Positions 11,057 to 23,124 of a DNA stretch of 64,000 nucleotides are shown here, one piece after another. A program made the position numbers and the translations under genes. Under the pieces are notes generated by a model. The model saw nothing but the letters and a program-made list of their open reading frames with translations, made no database searches and was not told where the DNA came from. The stretch covers positions 12,186,948 to 12,250,947 of the forward strand of contig NC_092673.1 of the NCBI RefSeq assembly GCF_964355755.1, in the 5' to 3' direction. Position 1 is the stretch's first letter; each line of letters begins with the position of its first letter. Origin of the DNA: Antedon mediterranea (lineage: Eukaryota > Animalia > Echinodermata).

Positions 11057-12582
11057 GACCCACTACTTTGATTGATTAAATTAGACATTGTTTCTTGTAT
11101 GATTAGGAAACCAAGACCTTTAAAGTGAAATTCCACAGGTGGATGCCTAAACAGGTCTTGTACAGAACAGTATATTGTAGGTCCATGTCACTAATTTGAG
11201 GATTACTTGAATAATTATATTGAGATGCCTTTTAAGAATTGATTTAGTTCGGATTTTGCTAAAAATATCAATGACTAGAGAAAATCGAGGAAAAGGATAT
11301 TCAGATGAAAGGTTTACAGCAAAGGCCCATTACCATAAAAATAAAGTACATTTTTTTAGATGCAACGAAAAAACGATTGACACATCACAGTTTAGCAAAT
11401 ATGTCGGCATAGATGAGCTCAGTGATCTGTCATACTTTATGCCTATCCTATCACATCAAAAGTTAAAAATTCAGAATAATAATTCCGTGTCATTTATTTC
11501 GGTAAAAAAATTAGGTGCATTTATACCAATTAAACCACATACAGTATGTTCACATAATTATATATGTCAAAGGTTATAAATTGTATTTCCAGTAATTTTA
11601 TGTGAAAATGTTTCATTACTACAAATATAAATGTCTCTATTCTGAACAAAATGACACCAAAATCGATTGAAAATGATCAGTAGTTACTGAGATATACAGA
11701 TAAGAGGTTAAAGGTCAAACTGGAAGAAACGTCATTTCCGGTCATTTTTGGACGAAACTTTTCATTAGAGCAAATAGAAATATGTGGTTTGTGAACAATT
11801 TAACACCAAAATCAAGTCTCTACTGTTTATAGTTGCCAAGATATGAACACTTTTTGTTTTTATGGTGGCCATTTTGAAATCAAGATGGCCGCCATACCGG
11901 ACGTTGGACACTTGGCACCCCCCGATATTTCGAATCTATATACATCAAAGAAACTTTGTGGAAAGTTTCATGCTTTGGTAATAAAGTGCACAACTTGGCC
12001 ATTTTTATGGCGTTAACTGCTCTACTATAATAAATCTAGTCAGTGTCCATTCTACATTTCTAGATTGTTTGTGCGGTGTAAATTCGTTGCCACTTCTGCT
12101 CATTAGATTTATAGAAAGCAATGCTACGACGTTTTGAGAAACCATCATTGGTTTGTTTTTGTCATGTAACCTACTACACGAGACTCTTACGAAATGCATT
12201 TTGGGTAATGAAAGCCAACTTTTTTACAGCCCACCCACGAAGTATGTGCAGCGGAAACGGTGCACGAATTTCATATACGGTATATTTATACGGTATATTT
12301 ATACGGTATATTTGGGATTGGCAGCAGAAACAGGGCTTTAAGATGATAAATGTAACATCTGGTTTGTAGTAGGCAAATGAGATATGACATTTTCTTTTTG
12401 TAAAAAAACATATACAATTCAAATTTTCCTTAATTTTGGTCTGATTAAAATAAGATGATTTTTGTTTAGTTTACCTATCCATTTTTTCTAAATATATCAT
12501 TAGAAATATTTATAAAATGAAAAAAATCATCTTTATTGCAATCATCATAAAAAAATACAAGATTGGATATTTGTTTGTAAAC

Positions 12583-13420
12583 AAACAAGGCCAACAGCCA
12601 TTAAGTCGCGTGCTACAATGCATAGTGATACCGGACCGACAGACAGACCGACAGACCGACAGACAGACCGACAGACCGACAGACAGACCGACAGACAGAC
12701 AGACAGAGAGACCGACCGACCGACATAGTGAACTATACTGACCGAAATTACTGAACATGTTTAAAAATGTTGAAATGTTTAAAAACATTTATTTTTTTTA
12801 AATTTACACGGGCGTAGCCTGTCACTTTCGACGTGCTCGTATAACGTAATTTCGAGTTGAAAAGTAAGTCAAGAAAACAGAAATCGGGCAAAAAGAGTGC
12901 GCAATAACATTTAACGCGCAGTGCGCGCGCAAAAATATGCGCACTCATGGCAAAAAATTGCCTGAAATGTACTCTTATTTCATCGAAAATAAATTTTGAA
13001 AATGTTAAGCGCGCGTACGCATGCGTTACATGCGCTACGCACGTAATTGTATTGCCATATGATGATTTATGCCCTGAAATTTATGAGTACCAAATTTTAT
13101 TTAATTGTGATTCATGGTTGTGAAGATATGATTACAAACGTGATTTCGTTAAATCGTGCGTAGACCGCGTAATTTTTTATTGCGCACCGTGAAAACATAA
13201 CCACATTGATTCCTGGCCATAAGGAATATACTGTGAAAAATTGACCTAGCTAGATTAAACTGATATCAAGATAAGGTCAGAAAGCGATAAAACGCATAGT
13301 GATACCGGACCGACAGACAGACAGACAGACAGACAGACCGACAGACAGACCGACAGACAGACAGACAGACAGACCGACCGACCGACATAGTGAACTATAG
13401 AGTCGCTTCCACGCGACTAA
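12583..13420 (-). mobile_element. HINE/DINE-1-like element with two (GACA/GACC)n blocks
   Basis: Minus-strand head TTTTAGTCGCGTGGAAGCGACTCTATAGTTCACTATGTCGG and tail CACGCGACT-TAATGGCTGTTGGCCTTGTTT, the same architecture as 3873-3990. Confidence 0.8.
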
Positions 13421-15899
13421 AAATGTATTATCAGGTATAATCAATTTGTAGTAATAAATTTTGGTTTAGAAATGCATATAAGTACTGAATTTGTATTAAC
13501 TAAATATTTTCCTTAATGCGCTCAAAGTTTAGAATCAAAACATTGCAAACAAGTAGACTAGAGATTATTTTTTTAATTCTTATTCTACCTTTGATAAAGT
13601 ACCCCATAAGCGTTTGATTAAAAGAATTTTAATTGGATTTATCAGGTAGAAAGCAAAGAGTTAAGAATATAAAAGCAGGTGTTTCCTAAGATCTTGACAC
13701 GGTGTTATTTTTAATGTATGTGAGTGATTTAGAATATGGCAGAGACTATTCAATTCTTTCAATTTCCTGATGATGAACATTATTTTTTATGCTTAGAATG
13801 TTGTTTAAAGCTAAACAATGATTTAAATAAGATATGCGAATGGTCAGTTATTAATATGGAATTAAAAGCTTTAAATAATAAGCTATCATAATATACCTGT
13901 AATTAGGCAAGCATTTTTTGTCATGTTTCAAGGTGTAGCAAAGCAATGACTTGGTCAGCAATGCTATATCTTTTATAAAGCTTTAATTTTACCAGTGCCT
14001 ATCAAGAAACATCAGTGTGCGAAATGTAAGCACGTACCATTCAGCGGTTTCGGAGGAGCTACGTCAAATTAAGCGACCAATTTAGCATTAATATATAGAT
14101 TTTGTTGTATCTAGTTCGTATTATTTTATGTATAGGTTAACTAATTAGCTAAAGTTTATAAAATAGTGTTTTGTTAATGTTTCGGTCTATGCTTATTGCT
14201 CGTTTTTTGCAAGGTTGTTCTTTATTTGCCAAATAAATATTATTATTATAATGTAAATGTAACGATCCGCATATCACTAAATTTTGCTCTGTAGCCAGTT
14301 CAGCAATTCACACTTTCTAGGAATTGATTACACTTATTTATACCTTGGTGGAGTTTGTTTGAAAAAACTCTCTCTGTGATTCTTTCATAACATCATTATC
14401 ACCGTGGTGTCGTGCCTATGGCGTTGACAACCATGCTGCTCCATATATTTTTTGTTTTTTGTGTTGTGTAATATTTCAGCCACCACAGGATTCTGATCAC
14501 TTCCACAGTCTTCTCCTGGGTATGTTCTGCAGCTTTTATCAATTGTAATAAAATCAATTTGATTCTTTATTTTGTAATCTGGTCTGATTAACTGGGCTAA
14601 GTATTACTGATCATCGTTGTATTAGTTTTTCCTGTCCACCTTGTCTCACATACGTCATGTAAAAATTCGTATTTAAAAGATTAATTTGAGCCAGAGAATC
14701 TGGAACCGAAATTGATAGAAGAACTACCGAGGGTCTTTGTCTGCATATAGTTATTTCGATCAGTGGAACCATAATAAAACCTTCCACCATGTCAACATAT
14801 TGTCCACCTTTTTGGGGGGAATAATCACAGAGATACCTACTCCTTTCGAAAAAAAGTTTTGAAGATGGATGACGGTCTTGATGCATACTCCACCGGCACC
14901 TGATGCTGCTGAGATGGCGCAATTCGTTAAATGACGTATTCTTTAAGCTTACCCAAACTGATAGACTGATCACTCTGAATCAAACACTAAACGTTGCCGA
15001 CAATCATTTGTTTATAATTCTATTTATGTATTTAATAACAAGTTTGTAAGATCTCTTTAATCTACTGGTTTTTTGTTTTCATTATATATTTGTATATTGT
15101 ATGTATGCCTATATCAAATGTAAATCAGACAACCAAATGTCATTTGTACCTCCTAGTTTTAAAAATGACAATAAATACTATCGTATTGTATAACAGTAAA
15201 AATACGTTCAGTGATGGAACAGAAGATCGACGTACCATCGTTCCAAAGTACGAATGAATTATCACCTGAGAAGATTATCGTGAAAGGTATAAATATATTG
15301 TGGAGAATCCGCTTTTGAAATACAAATAACTTTTAAAGTTCAGTTGGTGTACTATTGTACTATTATCTTTTAACTGGTGTATTAGAAGTGTTCGTGAAAC
15401 ATCTATTAGATAAATATGTCAATTCAAGTGAATCACGTCAATTCATTCGCCTCTTCCATACAACACATGCATTTTCGAACTTCGCGATTTAGGGAAGGAC
15501 AACATTCATTCTTATACATTTATGAAGCATTAATGCTAGTAAATTGTGAATACCTACTACCCTTGGGCAAATCAACCATCTAAGACTGTCGAACTTTATT
15601 ATTTATAAGGCCCTATGCCAAAGAATGTGAACCAACCAAACAGAATTCTGTGAATGCAAATAGAAAAGATTAATAATAGATTTAGTGTACATGGAAATCA
15701 CAGTTAAATCACTTTGTAGGCCGAATATACTGGATAATACTTTAACAATAGTGAGATAATTGATTCTAGACAATGAATTTCCGTGCTAAGGCTAGATGAA
15801 TTATTTAGCATTCTTATAGACGATTTTCCGTAATGTATATAATTATTTAAGATCAATTTGCCATTATCACATCCAGGTACCAGCTATCTAAGCTAAGTC

Positions 15900-16200
15900 A
15901 GAGGTAGGCTCTGCAGAAAGACTATACTATTTAGCTTTCTTTCTTTTAACAACTGCTTTCACCAGAGAAAGAGCACTCTTTCATGGTTTCATTGATCTAC
16001 CACCTTGTCCTTTCGAAAGAAAAAAATACTGAATCCAGAAAACGAGGCTACAAACTGAAAATGTGTACCCCTCGTACTAGTCATCTAAGAATTCGGCAGA
16101 AATTTTCTCGACATCTGTTATTGACTTTTAAAACAACTTGCCCCAGCACAATAGCAGCTATGAATGTTAACCAATTCAAAAGCCTTAGCCTATAGAGAAG
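15900..16200 (+). mobile_element. Highly decayed CR1-like ORF2 C-terminal fragment
   Basis: RKRGYKLK...R...F...A.NVNQFK resembles the CR1 RG(H)xxKL C-terminus. Confidence 0.4.
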
Positions 16201-17024
16201 TTTTGGAATCATCATCCACTGAAATTCGCCCCATAGATAAAAGAATATACGACAGGGACCACACAAGCACAGCTTTAGATGTCCAAGATCAAGGTAAATC
16301 AAATCTAAGTGCACACTCTGTTTCGTATTCTTTGGTGCTTTTTACTTTATGTGGTTTTTCAAAGCTCATCACCTGAAGATTTTAGGTCATTGTATTTTTG
16401 TTGTCATGTTTACATAAATGATTTTGTTTTTGTAATCATTTCTCTATCCATTATCATTATTTACCATAATTGTTATGATTTTTATACATATCATCTTTTA
16501 ATATATTTCCAAAACCTGTTTATAATTCTTATACATATTTTCTACATATATTATTTTCTTTATACATACATTATCATTTAACACCATATGTTAATTAACC
16601 TATTTATAAACTTTTTAACAATGTTATCATTTTAAATCTCACATGCAGGAAGAATTTACATATATATGCATACATAAAAGCATTGATATAGGCCTATACA
16701 CACTTAACTACGTATTCATAAACATCTTACAAAAAAAAAACCAAACATATAAAATGCAAATTTGTCTGGCTGTTTTACTTTAGCATTTTGCAATTAACTA
16801 TTTATTTATTATCTCACTATATTTACAGCATTGACATTTTTCTAAATTGGGATTTATACATGCAACTCTACAAAACACAACAGACACAGAAACATTAATT
16901 TTAAACGGTCCTCTGTATATGCATGGACCTATAAATTAGATAATTATATAGGTTCATGGTATTTGTAAAATAATTAATAAAAAACTACAGTTTTTACCAA
17001 CCAAATGTCCTTCTTATCCTTCAT

Positions 17025-17310
17025 TATTGTTTTTAAGTGATTTATATAGTGCAAGAAACATATCAGAGTCCAAGTATGTAAATGTTTTCTTGATGCGTCG
17101 AACCATCGAGTTAGCTTTTGCTGCAGATTTATTAGTGTGGACTGCTGATTTCAGGTTAGGTGTAACCTCGAGGTTTTTCATGCTATTGACAGGTTCCAGA
17201 GGTGTATCTCCCAGGTGATATGTGTATTTAGGATTGTGTACGCCAAAATTCATTGTTTTACACTTCGATAAAAAGTTTAGAATTTGAGCTAATGGTGTAC
17301 AATTGAAAGC
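17025..17310 (-). mobile_element. CR1-like RT C-terminal fragment
   Basis: KCKTMNFG..NPKYTYHLG...AAKANSMVRRIKKTFTYLD..MFLALYKSL. Confidence 0.75.
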
Positions 17311-17319
17311 AAACACGGG

Positions 17320-18488
17320 AACATTTTAGCAGGGACGCTGTACAGACCTCCATATAGCAGAGTGGATTTCTTCGAAAAGCTCCAGGAATGTGTCGATCAA
17401 GTGTTAGTGGACGCCCATTTGTATAGTTTAATAATTATTGCAGGTGACTTTAAAATAATTTTAAATCTACTGGCACAATTTCAACGGAACAACGAAATAT
17501 GCAAAGCACAATAGACGTCTTAAATCTAAGGCATTGTACGCATTACAAAAGAAAAAGAATTCGGCTAATACAATTATCGATCATGTTTACTCTGGTAGTA
17601 CTGACATGGTAGCTGATATTCAACCTCACTCAGGTGTCGACAGTGATCATGAAGGAGTTTCTTTCAAACTTCGTATCTTTAAGGAGAACATTTCAAGACC
17701 AGCGGGTATTTTTTATGATTATTCTAAAATTTGTCCCCAACGTTTTATTGAAGAATTCGCAAATATTAAATGGAACAGTGATTTCACTGACGTGAATGAG
17801 TTATGGTTAAACTTTAAATTTATTGCAGCTATTAATGATGTTGTGTCCCTAAGGTCGGCCAAAAGGCGCCCTAAAAAAACTTGGATCTCAAGGGAGATTC
17901 TTAGTTTAATTAGAAAAAAGAATAGATTTTATAAAGCAGCTATTAGGTCTGTAAAATAACGACAAGTGGGATAGATACAAACGTATTCGTAATGACTTGA
18001 AATCTAAAATAAAAAAATCATATAAAAGTTATCTAAAGAACCTTTCCTCAAAAAATTAACACTGTAATCAGTTCTGGTCCTTCGTTCGAAGCTCTAGGGC
18101 TAAACCCAGCACTGATACCTTTGTCATCGAGGGTAATCGTGTCAACAACCTAAAGATCATAGCTGAGGCCTTCAATAAAAAATTCAAGGCTAATTTTACT
18201 CATGACGACCCTGACCACCTTTTAAATAATTCTTGTATTTTGCATGCTGGCTACCCCAATTTCACTGATATCCAAACCACTGGTGCTGATATATTATCTG
18301 TTATTAACAAACTAAAAACAGGTAAATCTCCTGGACCTGATGGAATAACCACAACTATGATTAAAATTGCTGCTATCTACATAATTGAACCATTATTTGA
18401 AATATTTAATCTATCCCTCAGCACTGATGTATTTTCCATTGAAATGAAGGCAGCCAACATCATTCCAATCCATAAGTCAGGTGACCAA
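17320..18488 (+). mobile_element. CR1/L2-group LINE ORF2 fragment (endonuclease end to RT start), decayed
   Basis: YRPP, AGDF, IDHVY, SDH, KTWIS, KSPGPDGI and IIPIHKSGD motifs with stops and frameshifts. Confidence 0.8.
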
Positions 18489-19580
18489 GTTACCGATGTT
18501 AAAACCAGGGAAGACGTAACACTGGATTTATGTTATTGTAACATAAAAAACAGCTACGTACGCCAGCAAAGTTTGCTCAAAACTTGGTCAGATCACAACA
18601 CGATACACCTGATTCCCAAATACCGTCAACGAATCAAGCAATCCAAGCCGGTTATACAACAACATAAGCGATGGACAAGGGCTTGACATGGAAACACGGG
18701 TCACCTCTAATTATATTTCTTTTTGTGTGGACAGCATTGTACCAACAGTGACAAAAATTCAGTATCCAAATGACAAACCTTGGATTACTGGCGAACTTAA
18801 AAGTTTGCTCCAAGAAAAACGCAAAGCGCATGGTGCTGGAAATGAACTAAAGGTTAAAGAATTACAAAAAGAAATAAATTTAAGTATAAGTGTAAAATAG
18901 AGAACAAATGTAAGGAAAATAACCCTAAAGCAGCATGGAAAGGTCTTCAGATTCTTACAGGGTATAAAAGTACAACACTAACATATCAAACAAAGATCCG
19001 AATCTTACAAATAAATTAAATGACTTCTTCTGCCGTTTCGATGATGAAGCTGATACCAATAATTTACTGAATACACAGATGCCGCCTCTAAATTGTGTTA
19101 ACCAATCTCTGATCTCTGAGGAGTCTGTCAGGAATGTGTTTTCGAAAGTTAAGGTCAATAAAAGTACAGGACCAGATGGCATCTCAAATCGTGTTTTAAA
19201 ATATTGTAAAAATGAATTAGTACCCATATGTACTAGGCTTTTTAATTTAAGTATAACAAATGGAATTGTTCCAAAAATATGGAAAACCTCTTTTATCAAA
19301 CCTCTCCCTAAAGTAAAAAAAACCAAATTAATTAAATGACTATAGACCCATTGCCCTCACGTCAAATGTTGTCAAATGTCTTGAAAAAATAATTCTTAAG
19401 GATGTCGTCAATCAATCAAGTAATTTTCAAGACAATTATCAATTTGCTTATCAGTCTAATAGAAGTATGGAGGATGCTATTTTAACACACCTAAATAAGA
19501 TATGTAATCACTTAGATAAGTCAAGATCATATCTTAGATCTCTGTATGTAGACTTTTCAAGTGCCTTTAAAACCATTATT
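18489..19580 (+). mobile_element. Rex1/Babar-like LINE fragment
   Basis: TR..TLDLCY, SDHNTIHLIPKYRQ, YISFCVD, NDKPWIT, STGPDGI, YRPIALTS, QFAY, DFSSAF; abuts the previous fragment. Confidence 0.8.
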
Positions 19581-20045
19581 CTTTATCCTGTAAGTTTCCC
19601 CAAACAGTAGTCCTAGACAGTAGCTCAGAAATGCCCGTTGGGCTATACAAAATTTAATTACACGACGAGCCACACGGCCAATTCCTTTTTTATTAGAACT
19701 GTTACGTCTTGGGATAGACGAAAATACCGATGACAGCAACTTTATCCTGTAAGTTTCCCCAGACAGTAGCCCCAAACAGTAGCCCAGAAATGCCCGTTGG
19801 GTCCGGGCCTACAAGATTTAATCACACGAAGAGCCACACAGTCAATTCCTTTTTTATTGGAACTATTACGTCTTGGGATAGACGAAAATACTCATGACAG
19901 CAACTTTATCCTGTAGGTTTCCCCAGAGAGTAGCCCCATACAGTAGCCCAGAAATGCCCGTTGGGTCCGGGCCTACAAGATTTACACGAAGAGCCACACG
20001 GCCAATTCTCTTTTTATTGGAATTTTTATGACTTGAAATATACGA
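19581..20045. repeat. Three tandem ~160-bp repeats
   Basis: Units begin CTTTATCCTGTA(A/G)GTTTCCCC at about 19581, 19740 and 19904. Confidence 0.85.
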
Positions 20046-20049
20046 ATGT

Positions 20050-20627
20050 ATTCACGACAGCACGTCGGCAGGCTCCTTAACTTCAATTGGACCATAGTGA
20101 TCATTCTGGACATCGTTTATAAGAAACTGTGCTAGAGCTTCCTTAAATTCTCCATTCTTTAATAGATCTATACCTTTCTTTTGCTGTTGTTGATCCGCTC
20201 CAGTTATAATGAATGTGTTCTTGGCATCTTTCGACATCTTTTATTGATTGTTCTACAGCAACAGGTGAACAGAATTTCCACTGGCTGAACATACCTTAAT
20301 CATGATATCTGCAACGATTTTCCCATATGTAGACACATTATGACGAGGTAAAATTTCATGCAGAACAAGTCCGCCATCAAAGAGAGTTGTCAGTCGCAGG
20401 AGTATCTTCCTTAAGTGAACCAGATTGTCTTGTTTCTAAAATCTTCGTTAGTGATCGTTAGTACATAATGCAAATCTGTAGTGGTCTTTGATAACAAGTA
20501 TCCAAAAGCATCACGAACACCTTCAGCTGCACCAAGAGCTTTGTTGCATTTAACGATTTCTTCTTCATGTTTGAAGTAGCAAAATTGCGTACCTTTATAC
20601 GCTTGACCGTCTTTAATAATCTTGTTT
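20050..20627 (-). pseudogene. Academ-like transposase relic, downstream half (continues from 37470-37740)
   Basis: RLLKTVKRIKVRNF..., DGGLVLHEIL..STYG and LLKNGEFKEALAQFL resemble Academ transposase central motifs. Confidence 0.6.
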
Positions 20628-21261
20628 ACAGATACAGATACAGATAACTTTTATTGTCCAACCTAAACTGGAAATTGCATTTGCTCACTTATCACATAAA
20701 AATATCGTATAAAAATATCGTATAAAAATAAAGTATAAAATGTAGAATAACAAAATAAAAATACACAATGATTAAAATAGTACATCATAAAATTACAGCT
20801 CAAAAATATTTAAGTTTTGTTTGTTTGTTTGTTTATTTATTTTTTCCACTCACTTATATATATATATATATCATTTACATTTACATAACATATATTAAAT
20901 GTGGGTGGATGGAAGTCACAGTAAGTTCACTGAACTTTAAGTCGTGACTCCCGTATGCCTATAAGTATACTAACATTGCTACAGAGTAGACTAAAATATG
21001 AATATATAATAGTGAAAGTACATAAAATCAAAAAAAAAATCAAAAATTTAAATTATAGAAGTTAAGATAAACCAGGCAATTATATAATATAATGATAAAA
21101 GGGATAATGATAACAATTAGAGTACAATATGAAATATAATTAAATATGGTATAATAACAAGTATAACGATACAATGTAGCGGAGATAATTGAATACCAGG
21201 GTGAAGGATTTAATGCCATGTATCACCACCAAATAAATAAGGATAAAAGATCAGCGAAAAA

Positions 21262-21674
21262 TTATGTAGCATATTCTGACACCATTTTGTGTTTGAAATT
21301 AGATTTAAAACTAGAAAAGGAAGATTTCTGTTTAAGTTCATTTGAGAGTGAAGTCCAAAGTTTGGGACCAAAATAATACATAGAAAATCGTCGAGCCTTA
21401 ACATTTAAATTATCAATAATTGTTAACAGAGGATCGGGTTTTATAGGAATGGCGTTCGTCAATTCTTGTAAATAAAGCATTAAAATGTGAAGGCAGTAAA
21501 TTGTTAGATAAACGGTACATAAATGAGGCAACTTGTAATTTATTTAAATCATAAATGTTTAAAACGTTAAATCTTTTAAAAAGTAATTTTGTATGGGCTC
21601 TAAATGATTCTCCCGCGCAAATCCGAAGTGCACGTTTTTGTAGTTTAAAAAGGCGGTCAATTTGAGTTTTCTCT
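21262..21674 (-). pseudogene. C-terminus of the same ORF2 (one frameshift near 21415)
   Basis: LQKRALRI...HT..LF....L.I, HSYKTRS, GPKLW.SL...FK motifs; joins in frame across the Academ TSD. Confidence 0.85.
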
Positions 21675-22399
21675 AGATAGACAGGTTCCATTTCTCAAAA
21701 AACGGCCTAGAAAACGAATCAAGAAGCATTTTTGGGTAGAAGCTGGGATCCACTTTATTTAGGATATTTGGACCTCGCTGATTACGAATATGGCGGATCC
21801 CAAGCGAAATTCGGCCATCTAAGCCCTAAATTTGCATAATTAAAAATGGCGGCCATTTTTTATAATTACTCTATATCTCGAGAACCACTAGTCACAGATA
21901 ATTAATTTTGGTCTCAAAATGTTTTAAATATATGTTTTTATATTCACTTTAATGACACATTTTCTCTAAGAATGGATGCAAGTCTTATTTCTGACATTTT
22001 GACCTTTGACCTTTATTTATCGTACCTCAGTAATCGGAGAGACACAAAATAGGTCTCAAATTGTTCAGAAACTATACATTCATATTTATTATAATGAAAT
22101 GTTTTTACAAAAAATGGCCGATTCTACAACTATTGACCTTTGAACTATTAGTCAAATATAATAATATAATAATAATATAACTTTGAAAATTGTGGTCTTA
22201 TGAATTTTTTTTTCTTTTTAAATTGTTTAAAACATGTGTGTTTCTATCCAGTCTAATGGGACATTTTGTACAAGAATGGCCGATAGCATGGTTATTGACC
22301 TTTAAACTACAGCATAGGCCTACTGTATACTAAATATAATATAATTGCATAACTATGAAATTATTTATACACAATAATAATAATAATTAGTAAAATTAT

Positions 22400-22990
22400 A
22401 AAATTCACTGCCATCAAATATGATGTGTTATGATTTATATAGATTTAAAAAAAATTTGAACACGCAAGTTACATTTGTTGAAATTTGAAATTTGAAATTA
22501 CCTGCCATCAATATGATGGAGTATGATTATAGATTTTTAAAAATGTGAACATGTCAGCTACATTTGGAAATTACCTGCCATCAATATGATGGATTATGAT
22601 TATAGATTTAAAAAAGAATTCGAACACGTAAGCTACATTTGAAAATTACCTGCCATCAATATGATGGATTATGATTATAGATTTAAAAAAGAATTTGAAC
22701 ACATCAGCTACATTTGGAAATTTGGAAATTACCTGCCATCAATATGATGGATTATGATTGTATACTACCTGCCATCAATATGGTGGATTATGATTATAGA
22801 TTTAAAAAAGAATTTGAACACGTAAGCTACATTTGAAAATTACCTGCTATCAATATGATGGATTATGATTATAGACTTAAAAAAGAATTTGAACACGTAA
22901 GCTACATATGAAAATTATCTGCCATCAATATGATGGATTATAATTGTATAGATTTAAAAGAAAATGTGAACACGTAAGCTACATTTGGAA
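22400..22990. repeat. ~62-bp tandem subterminal repeats in the left Academ arm (mirrored at about 29135-29680)
   Basis: Repeated AATTACCTGCCATCAATATGATGGATTATGATTATAGATTTAAAAAAGAATTTGAACAC unit. Confidence 0.9.
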
Positions 22991-23124
22991 TGAACATGTT
23001 AAGGGCATCAGTTTAAGATCATTCATGCAAAGGTTTCCGTCATCTTTAGCGTTGTTACAGCGGCATAAAGCTGTACATGGTAGTTTTGCCTTCTTGCACC
23101 TACATCTATTGGTTATGCATCGTT

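Larger units (their letters stand above)
6571..12027. mobile_element. Non-autonomous Academ-like DNA transposon with ~400-bp TIRs
   Basis: TAGTAGAGCAGTTAA...TTAACTGCTCTACTA termini; 3-bp TSD TAA (6568-70, 12028-30); long inverted arms at about 6571-6960 and 11600-12027. Confidence 0.85.
6039..12337. mobile_element. Non-autonomous Kolobok-like DNA transposon (host of nested insertions)
   Basis: Termini GGCCCCGTTTCTGCTGCCAA / TTGGCAGCAGAAACAGGGCT (RR..YY); flanks TTCA (6035-38) and TTAA (12338-41); ATACCGTAT subterminal arrays at both ends. Confidence 0.7.

Noticed and set aside
10070-11136. Overlapping repetitive ORFs (SVDGLTPPSL etc.)
   Set aside because: Artefacts of a 30-bp minisatellite; frames shift at unit indels and there is no gene context.
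12510-12788. ORFs with DRQT/SVCL repeats
   Set aside because: Translation of the HINE tetranucleotide microsatellite.
14611-14973. 120-aa minus-strand ORF
   Set aside because: No recognisable motif or convincing splice context.
22400-22990. Regular repeats as a CRISPR-like array
   Set aside because: Whole units are tandemly repeated with no unique spacers, mirrored in the opposite TIR, in a eukaryotic context with no cas genes.
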